A DNA stretch of 63,783 nucleotides, filler included, from Choristocarpus tenellus KU-1152 (Eukaryota; Protista; Phaeophyceae), in NCBI GenBank assembly GCA_964200185.2. It is 12 parts of 12 records of this genome, joined end to end, with 100 filler letters (N's around TTAATTAATTAA, not from the genome) between each part and the next. Parts side by side here need not be neighbours in the genome. Positions count along the whole stretch, not along the records: positions 1 to 8,349 come from CAXNAD020004824.1; positions 8,450 to 17,976 come from CAXNAD020003606.1; 10 more parts are not named here. One strand, written 5' to 3'. Position numbers and translations under genes: made by a program. Shown one piece after another: positions 1-12,400 of the stretch. Each line of letters starts with the position of its first letter. Position 1 is the stretch's first letter. The notes under the pieces were generated by a model, which was not told the DNA's origin, did not search any database, and saw only the letters and a program-made list of their open reading frames with translations.

Positions 1-283
1 CAGGATAATAATAGCATGCCCTTACCACTTCATCTCGAATACCCCCTCCTTCCCGCGCTATTTCGCTTTTCCCCCGTTACTCCCAGATGGAGAATAATGG
101 TACCTTGAGGTATTTCTGCTCCTCCTTTGTGCTTTTCCTTTGTCCCCCATCCATATTGTTTGCAAGTGGTCACCCCCTGCTCATTGCCCTCTGATGTAAT
201 TAAGCACAGCAAGATTGACAACAATGCTCATATGACCTTTCCCTTCCTCCTTTTTTCCATGCTAATATTCCTTCGCTACACAG

Positions 284-3200
284 GAACAGCTATCCGATCG
301 AATTACCTGCGAATGTAACCACTTACGAGCAGCTGGCCTACCTTCTCGTGTCATCCCAGAAGACTTCAACCCCACTGACCCGTCCCTGGCACTTTATATG
401 ACCCAACACAACCAGCGGAGACGTGGGTGGAGGACGGGCAGGGTGGAAAGTAGTGGACAGGCATCATTGTCATCAACAAGGTTGCCAGTTTTGGCGGGAG
501 TGAAAGGGGTGGAGAGGGTTAGGGTTGATGCCGGGAGTTTTTATCCCCTCCACACACCATTGCCGACCATGATAAAAGAGGCACAAGGAAGGTGAGGCAG
601 GACAATGTGCAGGTATGGCATTAGAGTGTCATTGCGTCTGGTGAATCGTTGATCTTGTGTGTGTGTGCATACACTATGGTTTACCACTATACTTAGGTGT
701 AGTAATGTGTTACATGTTTCCGACTTACTCCAAGGGTAATGCCAACATATTCCCCTTCATCCTTATGTTCATGCGCAAAGGGTTGTATGCCCAACTATTC
801 ACGGTCTATGACGAACACAATCCTCGACCAAACACGATTTCAGCTTCATCTATCCCCAGATTTGAGCACCAATTTGAGATGCATCATTCTTTTGTCTCCC
901 ACAAGTCAAAACACCTCAACATAGAAAGCACATTATCTTGAAGGATGTTGTCAATGTAGGTAGCAACACATATTGCTGCAACAAATATGCTTTTGTAGAA
1001 CCTGTTTCTACCCTTGCCCAGGTTACACGTGGGCTTCCTGTCGTCTGATTTCGGTGTACACCCCATATCCAGCCTCATACGGGGCATGCTCAACAGTTTT
1101 GATGCTGACAGGTTTGTCTTTGGGTGGTCAACACTGCACCCCACTACCTTGAGAAAGCGGTCTTGTTGCTGCCAATGCCGCCATCCCATTGAGGTGGTTA
1201 TTTTATATTGAAGTCCCTCAGATGTTGAGAGATGCCAGCATGAAATGGGTAGATCAAGAGGCAGCAAGTTCCTGGAATGTGTGGACAGGGGACAAATTTA
1301 TAAGGGACATATATATAGGATAGATATGCTCATTCTATACATATGTTATGTCCAAAAGGTAATATGCAAGTCCCTTCCTTATCATTGACCCCTACATCAT
1401 TGTGAAATGCTTTTGCTGTGAGACATGGAGTCTGGAGCGCATGCAGTATTTATTTAGTTCAGATTGTTTAAGTTGCAGAAACAAGCATAGCCTTTAACTG
1501 ACTTCTGGTACTACTAGGTACTGGAGTAGTAATTTCTAACAACTCCTATCAAGAGTTTTTTTGCTTTCATTCATGTCTCTTTGTTTTGGGACACAGTTAC
1601 TTTCATTTTCTATTTGTTCATGTACGTTACCCTCACCTTGACCACACCTTACAAGTCTTGCATCAAGCATGAATGTTGAGTGTGGAACTGATGTTATTCA
1701 AAACTCAACGACAAAGGAGCACTTAGAAAGATTTTTCTTAGTTTTTCTCACTTCACTGATTGATTATTTGAACCCTGACAATGGTGAAGGAGGGTATGTC
1801 TAATCCAGCTGTTGTGCGTATGCTTGTCCAGATCACTGATAAAGAAAGCACACAAGAAGAACATTATCAGAGCTTTCTCTGCTACCCCTGGACCATTTAG
1901 AGTCCCACTGAGAACTCCTCAATTCCATTAGTTTTTTTTGTTTGTTAGGCTACTATGTGTTCTTGATCCCTATACGACAAATATTGTCAATTCCATTTGG
2001 TTGATGCAGTACGAGTGGGATGACACCTGAGCTTCATGATCAATACTTGCAACCCTTAGACCAAAGAGGGAAGTATATTTCACAGTGACTTGTGAACGAC
2101 ATTTATTTTTTTGTTCAAAGCTGTGTATCTCATACTTCGAAACATCAAGTCTTACAGTTGAAGGGAGTTGTTCGAAGTTACTCCCCCACGACTTTAGGGC
2201 AAGCTTTAATACAAGGGTAGTGTGAAGGTGCAAAACATGTGCATTGCAATGAAATTTACCTTTGGGTTTGTTGATACTTCACATCAAATCTATGTGTTCC
2301 AATACTTCAAAGATCAGGTGCTTCAACATATTGATGTTGTTTCCAAGGACAGTGGAGTTCACCATGGCTGAAAGCATGTTCTGCACCAATAATGATTCTT
2401 AGCCAATCAGAAGTACTGATAACTGTGTCGGAATTGCTTCTCATTCAAGTTTCAAGGTGACATGTTTCGCTATGAACAATGCCACGAGCTGGTGGCGCAA
2501 GAACATTACAGCCATGATAGGACTGGATGCGATGGTAGACCTTCATGGACTCAGTGAACAGCAGGCAGCCAAGGCTATTGCTAAAAGGAGGTGAAAATAG
2601 TTTCATGAACAGTTTCGTCAATTTCTTGCCATGGTCTCATCCTGGCTTCAGTTAAATCCGACACCAAAGGACAGGACTGTTCAGGGTGAAACCCTGCTAC
2701 AGTTGAAGCACAATTAGGGATACCTCACTGATATAATATGATGCTAAGGCACTTCTTTTAAACAGCAGTTCTCAACTGACATGACCAAGTTCTCTCCTAA
2801 CCAATGTAACAACCAATGTGACAGTGTTCACATATTGGTGGACCTTAATGGAAGGACTCTTGGCACAGGCCTCCCAGTAGCCCTCCATCGGCCTGCTCCA
2901 ATGGCCATCACGTGGCTTGGCTCTCCCAGAACAACAGGAGAAAGAGAGGCCATCGATCTCCTGGTGACAGACCGCTTCTCTGTGCCACCTGCAGAGTCGT
3001 CCTCGGATTTTAGTGAGCGTTTGCTACTAATTCCAGGCTGCTACATGTCCAACGACCATGCACAAATGCATAGCAGAGTCATGAACAACAAGAGAGCAAC
3101 ACCAGAGAACGTACATGGTGTGAAAGAAATAATGAACAAATGAGGGGGGGAAGTAAAGAGAGTGTAAGAATACCACACATGCCTGCATTTGTGCACAAGT

Positions 3201-6200
3201 GTTTTTTGGGTTTATCTGGTGATTGTTGGAGGATGTGTTAGTGTATTGGTCCAGATTGCTTTTGCATGTTGAGATGTCATGGTTGAGTTGTGGTGATTAG
3301 GATTCGGAGAGGTGATAGCTCGGGCTGAGAGGTGTTCTCTTGCTTGTGGAAGAGTAGGAACCTCCCCTTATGAGCGTGAGTTATACGTACCTTGCTTGAG
3401 CTATTCTAGATTGAAAAGCTTGATAACAACAATGCTTCTCCATTTCACCCTTACTTCTACACCTACTTCTGCCATCATTGTGATGTGCGTGTTTACCTCT
3501 CCCAAACGCCAAAGGTCTGAAGGAGCATGGCAGTGCTTTCATTTTTGCATCCTTCAGTAACTTCCAGAAGATGAATCCAGAAGGGTATGACACCTGGATG
3601 AACATTTTACGCAGGACGGGAGCAGGTGTAGGCAGGAGGGAGGAGACAGGGGAAGGATCTAGGGCAACAGAGTTTGGGAATGGAGAAAGAGGGCCATGTG
3701 GGGAGTCAAACGAAGGAAATGCTTCAGGGGTAATGACGGAAAAGAGAGAGGACAGGGAAGAGACAAAGAATTGGGGTTGTGGGTTGGCAAAGGCAAAAGT
3801 AGCGCTAGAGGTATCAAATATATCCAAGGGAGTGAATAGAGCATTTCAGGACGGAATACCTGACCAAGTACATTGTTCAGATGTAAGAGGGTCCACAGGT
3901 GATACATGTGGGGATGAGAGCAAGGCAGAAAGCAACAAGAGTGGTAGTCACAAGCCTTGCCGAAGGAGAAAGGGCTGCAAGAGCAGCAGGAGGTGTGGGC
4001 ATGGTTACTTTCAAGACAGTGTGCTGTGGCTCCTGCGCTATGGGGGTCATGAAGCAGCTGAGAAGAATTTACACGCTGAGGCCAGAGCAAGAGGGATACA
4101 ACCCAGACGTGTTGTATTGACCCCTCAGGTGAAATGTCCAGACACAAAAATGTACAGGAGTGATGGTGGTTTTTCTGTCAAGATGCATTATTTCTTGGGT
4201 GCTAAATATAGCAGTGATATTGTTGTGTTCACTATTTCGTTCCATTTTTGTCTCCAGTGACCTCTATAAAAATATCAACAGTAATGAAATTGTGCTGAGT
4301 ACGGATCTCTTCCATGACTCTTCCATGAACTTAATATGATATACTCCAAACTACTGTTGTAGGGCTTCATACCGATAAGAATGATAACATATTCTAGGGA
4401 TTTGTATGCTAGAGTATATAAACTGTAGCTCAACGTGTATTGACACTGCCACACAAAACACTATGCAGCTTTACGCACCCGTTACTAAAGAGTGTAGTAA
4501 ACATTTGTTGCTGGTATAAAATTCTCCGAGTATTTTGGAGGAAAGATAGGAGATAGAAGATCGGTGGTTTATCTACTCACTCCTAAATCTTTTGCTCAAA
4601 TATTGAAACAATGGGGAAACAAAGGTCCCCTGGATCGAGCATGTCTGGACCAAGACTGCGGCCAGCTTGGCACTGGATACACCTCTCAAGAGTGGGCACA
4701 CCACCAACCTTGACACATTGTGGGCAGGTGTTCCGCTTGTATCCCTACCTGGGCGAACAATGAGTACTCGGGCAGGTGGTTCCATGCTCAATGTGCTGGG
4801 GCTGCAGGTGAGGATGACGGGTGCATTTCCGGAGGTGCGACCGGTCTTTCCTCCAATATTCTAGTCCCTGACCATGTAGGACTTTCATGTGTCACCACAG
4901 GCTCACAATTCCCTCCCCCGCTGACCCCCTCGACACTCCTATGGCATGGAAGGCTAAATTCCAGTGATTGCAAAGATTGAAGGGTGGTGTGCAGTTTCAG
5001 TACTGAGATATTAGGCGAGTTTCCATGCACTCAATTCATTCTTTGCAGAGCTCTTGTTTGCTGACAACAGCATTTTGCTTGGCTACAAACATGATGTGCT
5101 GCAAAATAATACAACATTGAAGGGTTTGGTAATGGGTGGGTAGATGAACCAAAACGAATGAATGGCTCATTATGACAAGATCCTAGTTCATGATCTAGCA
5201 TTAATGTTGTCTTCCTGACGTTTTATTGCCATTTTGAGGCCCTGGCACTGTGCTCTCTCTCTTCCGCTATTTTATTCCTACTACTGCGTCACCTTCCACA
5301 TCTGTATACGGCAATGGTCTTTATGATGACAAGGACTCTCTTGTGTCGAGCCTGAAGGAGTATGAGGACGTTGCAGTGGCATTAGCCACCAACGCAGGTC
5401 GTCTTTCAGCCCTCCGTTCCGTTCTGGGAGAAGCTCGTACTACCCAGCCACTTTTTGATGTGGAGAGATGGACCAAGGGCTTTCAGAGGGGCCTACAGGC
5501 GTCATTTGAGGTCACAACAGTGTACGGGCTTTGGGGCCCTCTACTCTCCCCTTTACCCTTCAATTGTGATAAATTTACATTGTTGTGCAGGCAATGTGTT
5601 TCTGGATGTGCTCTTTTTCTCTCCCCTACTCTCTATTACATCCTCTTTTGCCTATGATTGTTGCTCGACAGAACATAGTCCATATGACTCACAAACAACC
5701 CCCTTGTCTTGTGCAGTCATTTGGTTAGGGGCCTACACCCCATACTTAGTGTGGTCTGAGTATTGCTGAATGCCAGAACAAGTAAAATTGAGTATCAAGT
5801 AGTGGAAGTTAGTGTCCCAACATTTTTCAAAGCCTTAGTAGGCTACACATACTTTATTGCTGAACAGGAAAAGATGCCTTCAGCACACTTTTTAGTCTCT
5901 TAAGCTGTCCAGCTACTGCAATCCCATCTAAGGCACATACTCACCGTTATTGATATTGGACTTGCACATCAACTCCCACCAATGCCTGGTTAATAATCGC
6001 CCCATTAGCATAAACCTCCCCAAATCCCATGACCTCACCACATTCAAACAGGTATCGATGGAGTGCCCTTTTCCCCATCGCCCTTGTATGCACATCTGGA
6101 TTCTTCCCTCCTCCTCAAATCCCAACCCTTCCCAAGAGGACCTTGCAGAGGAAGGAGCACACCGGTCAGATACTGTTTGTTCCCAGGCAGGCCTTAACCC

Positions 6201-7741
6201 TTTTGGATTGGATTGTGGGATGTCAAGTGATCTCCCTACATCTGAAGAAGTGAGTCATATATATGAAACACAGTCAGACAATTACTGCAGGAAAGAGCAT
6301 AGCAGCAAAACAACAGCATTCCCTGAGATACTGGTTCCTGAAACAGAGAAGAAGGAGATATCTGAAGAGGCTACCAGTACTTTAATCGAGAGGATGGGGG
6401 AAGTCGGACCTGAAAAGGGGATGGGGAATGGAAGTGGAGCCAAGGTTCTACTGCGTGAAGAGGCGAGTACTTGTGCTACAGGAAAGGGTGAACTTGAGTC
6501 TGGGAATGGGATTGCTTGTGTGACACCTGCTGCAGTGGAAGCCAGCTCTATGCCTAGACCTAAGGCTGTAGTTGTGACTCCAGCTGCAGCTAGTTCTGGT
6601 TGCAAGGTACGGGACAGAAATGAGGCAAGTGGAGGAGTCTTGCCAAGCCATGAGAGGCATTTACAAGAGGAGGGAAGGGGGGAGAAGGAGATCCCCCTCT
6701 TGCTCAATATTGGGGGTATTGGTGCAGAACGGTTAGGCTGGCAGGTGGTCAATATTGCGGGAGGGGAGGGGGTGGACCATGTCCTCCAAATGGATGACCT
6801 AAAGACATTCCCAGACAATTCCGTGACCGCTGTTTATGCCTCACATGTCCTGGAGCATGGGTCGCACAGGTATGTATGCCATCGGCAAAAAAGATAGATT
6901 ATCTGTGCTGATTGATTGTCAAGAGGGTGCTTGAGAAAGAAAATGCTTGAACTCTGGAGTAGCTAGATGCATATTGTGGTCTTTTCTTTTGGATATATTC
7001 ACGGGAATCGCAGCACTAACACCCAGGACAGAAGCTTATAATGACTTCTTAACAGCATAGGGCAGTGGAGGAGGAGAAGAAGTATTGGTATATTATCTCA
7101 TCCTCCTCCATATCCCCATCCATTTTTTCAAGACAGCTATGTTGTAAAAAAAGTGCCAAGGATTGAAAAGCTGGTATATGAGCAACATGGGAAAGGCAAG
7201 TGTATGTCAAACAACAATATTCCAGAAAAATGGATGGTACCTGTATTGTGCAAGGGGTATTTCCTCACATTTTTGGTTGGTGCCTATGTTAGGTTGAAGA
7301 TCCCTTGTGATCAAAGGTGGCAAGTCCAACAGTGGCAAAGCCATCTTATCTCTCCCAAGAATTTTACTATTTGGGAAAAAGAGAGCATGTAATGTGCAGA
7401 TTGATGTGAATCAGCATCAAAATGCTAGAACATGCCTTTCACTACAATATGGCTATAGGAGTTTTGTGACCCCCCAAGAGTTAAAAAGACAACAAATGAA
7501 TCACAGGTTACACCACAACACTATACCTCACCTCTCTACTTACCCACCCTAACCACCCAACAACTCATTACAATGACTCAAGGGTGGATATGGAGCGAAA
7601 TAGGGTCACATCTGCCTTGCGTGAGTGGCACCGTGTGCTCAAGGGCGGTGGGGCCTTGTTTCTGTCTGTACCTGATTTGGAGACTCTTTCCAAGCTGTTT
7701 GTCGCTGCTCAGACAACCATGGATCGTTGGGAGATTATGAG
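284..7741 (+). CDS. OGT/SEC-like GT41 glycosyltransferase fused to a C-terminal class I SAM methyltransferase (partial at both ends). Exons: 284-591, 1022-1111, 2450-2590, 2825-3117, 3515-4128, 4625-4807, 5334-5510, 6052-6869, 7583-7741
   Basis: Phase-compatible GT-AG exons. GT41 motifs: RLHVGFLSSDFGVHPISSL, VHILVDLNGRT, RPAPMAITWLG, FSERLLLIPGCY, FASFSNFQKM..W.NILRR, SVLWLL, LDTPLKSGHTTNLDTLWAGVPLVSLPG..MSTRAGGS, SLKEYEDVAV, PLFDVERW. Methyltransferase motifs: LNIGG..GW, FPDNSVTAVYASHVLEH, LREWHRVLKGGGALFLSVPDL. The TPR region is presumably upstream of the window. Confidence 0.9.
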
Positions 7742-7986
7742 GTGAGGGTTGATTCCATCATGCCATACACTCAATGGGTTGTTGAACTCGTGGGTAACAC
7801 AACCGCAGGCAGCACACAGAGGGTTAATACAATGGTAATCGGTATACTATATTGCAGAGGAGTAAAGGAATAGGACAAGGACCGCTTAAGTCAGGTGTGA
7901 ATGTGTGATCATCCCCCAAATTATGCAATCACATGAAGATTTGGGGAGGGTACGGTGCTGAATATGTTGAACACAGAACCATTAAA

Positions 7987-8150
7987 GAACCAAAGTATCT
8001 TAGAGGGTATAGCCCCGTCCATTTGGGGCCCAAAATTCAATGTTGCGATTTTGATGTAATTTTGATTATCATGTTTGTTAGGAAGTGTCAATATCCCTGT
8101 CCTGTACACACCTTTTCATAACGTATACATTTTACCTACTCTGAAATGTT
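7987..8150 (+). mobile_element. MITE family B, 5' part, interrupted or followed by a family A copy
   Basis: Starts GAACCAAAGTATCTTAGAGGGTA and aligns by eye with the first ~150 bp of the complete copy at 56625-56878. Confidence 0.75.
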
Positions 8151-8334
8151 GGGTCAAAGTATCTGGGGTGTGTGTGTGTGGCGACTGTCCATTTGGGGCC
8201 AATTTTTTCATGTCGCGATTTTTGGGTGATTTGGTTGCATACATTGGAGGAATAATGTGAGTACACTTTTCCTGGTTATGGCCCAAATGGACACCCTGGT
8301 GTAGACCCCCCCCCTCCCCCAGATACTTAGGGTC
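8151..8334 (+). mobile_element. MITE family A, complete copy (~184 bp)
   Basis: Imperfect TIRs GGGTCAAAGTATCTGGGG...CCCCAGATACTTAGGGTC, internal inverted GTCCATTTGG/CCAAATGGAC; collinear with 33588-33768. Confidence 0.85.
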
Positions 8335-8349
8335 ATTTTGGGGTAGGAA

Positions 8350-8449
8350 NNNNNNNNNNNNNNNNNNNNNNNNNNNNNNNNNNNNNNNNNNNNTTAATTA
8401 ATTAANNNNNNNNNNNNNNNNNNNNNNNNNNNNNNNNNNNNNNNNNNNN
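8350..8449. other. Artificial contig spacer (N44-TTAATTAATTAA-N44). Identical spacers at 17977-18076, 22542-22641, 25488-25587, 32170-32269, 36684-36783, 41608-41707, 47011-47110, 50516-50615, 53426-53525, 56453-56552
   Basis: Exactly 100 bp each, with a six-frame-stop linker in the middle. Confidence 0.99.
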
Positions 8450-8666
8450 GGTGAGTGGGGGTGGGGGGGGGGGGGGTGGGGGTGGGGCGGGGGGGGACGG
8501 TGCGCGGGGGGTAAAGTCTACACCAGGTTGCCTATTTGGGTCAAAATCAGAAAAAGTGCTTATTACATTATCCATCCGACATACACAACTAAATCGCGCA
8601 AAAATCGCGACATCAAAAAATTGAAGCCAAATGGACAGCTGCCACCCCCCCCAGATACTTTAAGCC
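8450..8666 (-). mobile_element. MITE family A copy, reverse orientation, at contig start
   Basis: Reverse complement of the 8151-8334 / 33588-33768 body; ends CCCCAGATACTTTAAGCC. Confidence 0.8.
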
Positions 8667-9477
8667 ATGTTCATGGCACAAGTCATTTCCAACATGACAT
8701 ATTTAGCCCAAGTCCCTCAGTCTCATGACTTCTAAAACAAAAGAAATGCAAAAGGAATAAAATCACTAAAATGCAAAAAAAGGTTAGCTATGCATCCAGA
8801 GAAAAGGGGGAACACTCCTAAGATATTAGCCGTAAAAAGGTCAAAACGGTAAAAAAGTTTCAAAATTTCATGAACGACCTAAACAAAATCCTTGGGTGTT
8901 ACCTTCTAAGCATGAGAGGCTATACCCAAACAAAGGGAGTCTTCTAAGGCAATGCCCTACTGTTCCACAACGGCAAGCACATAGGAAATGTTCAAAAGCG
9001 AATCAAGATAAGATGACACTTTGAGCCTTGACACTGACAAGGCACAAGGAAATGCACATCTCACGAGGATAGACACACACACACACAATATTCACTTACT
9101 GTCATAAAAAACAAAAAATAAAGCACAGTTGCAATAACAAACTGGGATGTGCCACAAGACCCATTTTCTTATCCCAACTTTTTAACTGATTCAAAATGAG
9201 GGGAAGCACAAGTGGGAACTCCGTTGCCTGTGCTACTTACTCACACTCACTAATGAAAAGTCTCATTTCTTATAAAAGGAGTCTGATCGACAGCAATACC
9301 TCCAGTTATAAATACACTTTAGTGTGAGCTGCAAGTGCACACTAGTTCAATCTTACTTGTGTTACACAGATCACCTGTCACCCTACATAGGAAATTAGTG
9401 CCCATAAAGTTCTAAGCTCTGAGTAAATGGAATCCAACCTCACAAATAAAGTTCCACACACAGCCCACAGAATCAGA

Positions 9478-12400
9478 TCATGCCCATTTATTCTCCTGGA
9501 GCATTGAGGAAACTTGTGAGAAATGAGGGCGTGCCTCTTGTTCCTTCCAGCATTCCAGCATCAGCTTCCTGTGAGCATCATGCATGATCCCATTAGAAAA
9601 TAAACAAGGTAAATCTTCCAGGCATTGCCTGTTAATGTATTTTGTAATCTCCATAACAATAACAATACTGCAATAGTGAGTAAGAGGCAGATAACTGGAA
9701 AATAATGAGCTCACATGCACAGAGATGAATGTTCAACACAAAAAAGACACTGCTTCTCTTGAACTTAACCTAGCAAAACACGCAGAGAAACAAGGTCAAC
9801 AACTTAAGAAGCTATATAGAATTGATAAACAGCTCTACAGGCCGATGAGATTGAGCACAATGCCTGTCATTGAGTCAATTTGATAACAAGGTGGACAGAA
9901 AATGTGCTACCCCATCACAGGCTCCACAACACACATTGCTTTCACATCACAAGTGCAATCCATTGCAACCTGGGCTGTGACTTGTCAGAGGGACAAGGGC
10001 GTACAAACAACAAATCCATTGTAAGACCCAACCACCATCCATAACATATTCATCAACAGCTTGACCCCAGGCGTAACCCATTCTGCACCACCTCATATTT
10101 TCTTCCTTCTTTATACAGTACTGGTATCCAATTCTACATTCTGCCTTTTGCTTTACCTCTATTCGGCATCAGTTACAATAGTTCAAGGTGCAGAAAAACT
10201 ACCTCACTGGGAAGAAATTCCTCGAAACTTCTCAGCAGGTGGCATAGAACGTGTAGACTAAGTTGGAGAGCACCAAGATATTATGATAACCTCACCATGA
10301 GTTTTGCAAGGCCCCAACAAAAATATCAAAAACTGTTCAAACTGAAGCCAAACAGAGAAAGTGTGTAAACATTATATCACGCTATATTTGATCATTTCAT
10401 TCAATTTAAACACCCGCAAAACTAACAGGGATAGTTCATGCCATGAATTTATTCAAACAAGAGCCCAGTTAGCAATCGTAACAATTATTATTGTTTTGTT
10501 GTACTTCTCTAGTATATTTGAAGAATAACTACCGTGAAGATTACCAGTCAAACAACCCAAGGACAACAAACAGCAAACAATCAAATAACAATATTGGTGG
10601 GGTTGGGGATGAGAAACAAGATAATAATGCTCCACGAAAAGCCAGCACATAACTAGAACGTCTTACGTGGCTCCAAAGGGGCACCCTGCAGGAATAGGCA
10701 GCTGAGCACCAGCCATCACCCTCCGCATGACCTCATCTGTCGGATAGTCTTGCCATGGACGATTCCCCTCCCCACACATCACCTCCCAAACAATGACTCC
10801 AAAGCTGCTCCACATTCACAATAGCATCAATTGCAATACCACATATATTGGAATCACAGTTAATACAGTAGCAAAATAGATAATATAAAGTCAGTGACAA
10901 AAAAGTGAAAATGTACATCCAATTTGCTCCAATGTAACACAGGAGGTTATTCTGTCAGCCCACAGTATCTATAATGCCTTTTGTGCTGAGTCCATACTCT
11001 TCAATCCTGGCATATTTTCCCCACAGTCTCATAACTAGCAGTGCAGATTCACTTATCCGTAAAATACTATATGTATCCCCTCCAACCGTGCCCCACCCTT
11101 CCCAACCCGCCAAAACACCATAGACAAGCTCCTCAACAGAGGAACCCATGCACAGACTCACTGGTTGGTTGCTATTGGGAAATTGGAACCCAAACAATGG
11201 AAGCCTTTTTGATCATACACAGGGTGTGAAACGTGCACAACATCAACACCTTGAAGACCTCCCTCACCTGTACACATCAGACTTCTCAGTGAAGACGCCA
11301 AGCTCCACCCCACCAGACCTGAGCAGCTCAGGAGCCTTCCAGTACAACGTGCCCCCACGGAAGCTTGTATTGGTAGCGCTGCTGGAGATTGCGTCCCTTG
11401 TCTTAGACAAGCCAAAGTCAGCAACCTTGCTCATGAGAAATTGGGTTGGTGAGCGGGGAGGTTGGTCAGTCGGGAAGACTAAAAGTCACTGAGATGACCA
11501 CACTATTTGTGCAGATTACTACAACCTCTGATCCCATCATCTGGACAATTTGGCAAAATCATCATGCATGAGGAGCTCTACATACACACAAGCTCAAATG
11601 TACCATACATACATTCACTGATGAGTGAAATTTGAAAACCTGTGTGTGCTCAGGGGGTACACTCTACTGGTATAGTCAACAAGAGGTACTTCATCTGAGT
11701 AGGTCAACAATATACCCTCTCCCTTTTCTCACACACATACACCAAGAGTTAAAACCAATACGTTTGTCGTTGTCCAAGTAAATGTAACAATCTTCTATCC
11801 AAATCAATAACTTTCCAAGTGTTCCTGATATGGATGCAAACAAAGCTCAAAATCGCGTGGGTTGCTGATTTTGGAAAAAATAGGAAACGGACACCCAACT
11901 GACTACCTATGGAGGGATCGATGGGTCAGTATAAGGTGTGTTATTCGTAGTATAAGATGAGTTCATCACACTACAGTCTACTTCTTTTACTGACCAAACC
12001 TCAATCTCATTAACATCCCAGCAGGGAGGGTCAGTTTCACCTTGGCCTGCCAATCATGGGTGATCAAAACATTGAGGCTCTTGAGGTCACGATGCTGCAC
12101 GTTATGCTGGTAGAGGTAGCGCACCGCAGTCGCTATGTCCATGAGGATGGAGTGCTTGATTGTAGCAGTCAGCTTTGCTCGTTCATTAGGATCCTTGAAA
12201 ATCACACCATCACCAAAATAAATGAGAGATGAAAAGTGGGTAAATGGTACAGACATTGACTCCAGATGCCACAATCAACTCAAAAGGTGATGAGAATCAA
12301 TTACAAAAACACAAGATTCATGCCACCTGAGTAGTGCCTGTATCATGCAGAGGTCAAGGGTTAGGAATATCATATGAGAAGCATCATATGCGGAGGGAAA

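Noticed and set aside
3381-6818. Long antisense ORFs (3381-3827, 3659-4147, 6282-6818; likewise 43606-44070)
   Set aside because: Shadows of real exons on the opposite strand, with no motifs of their own.
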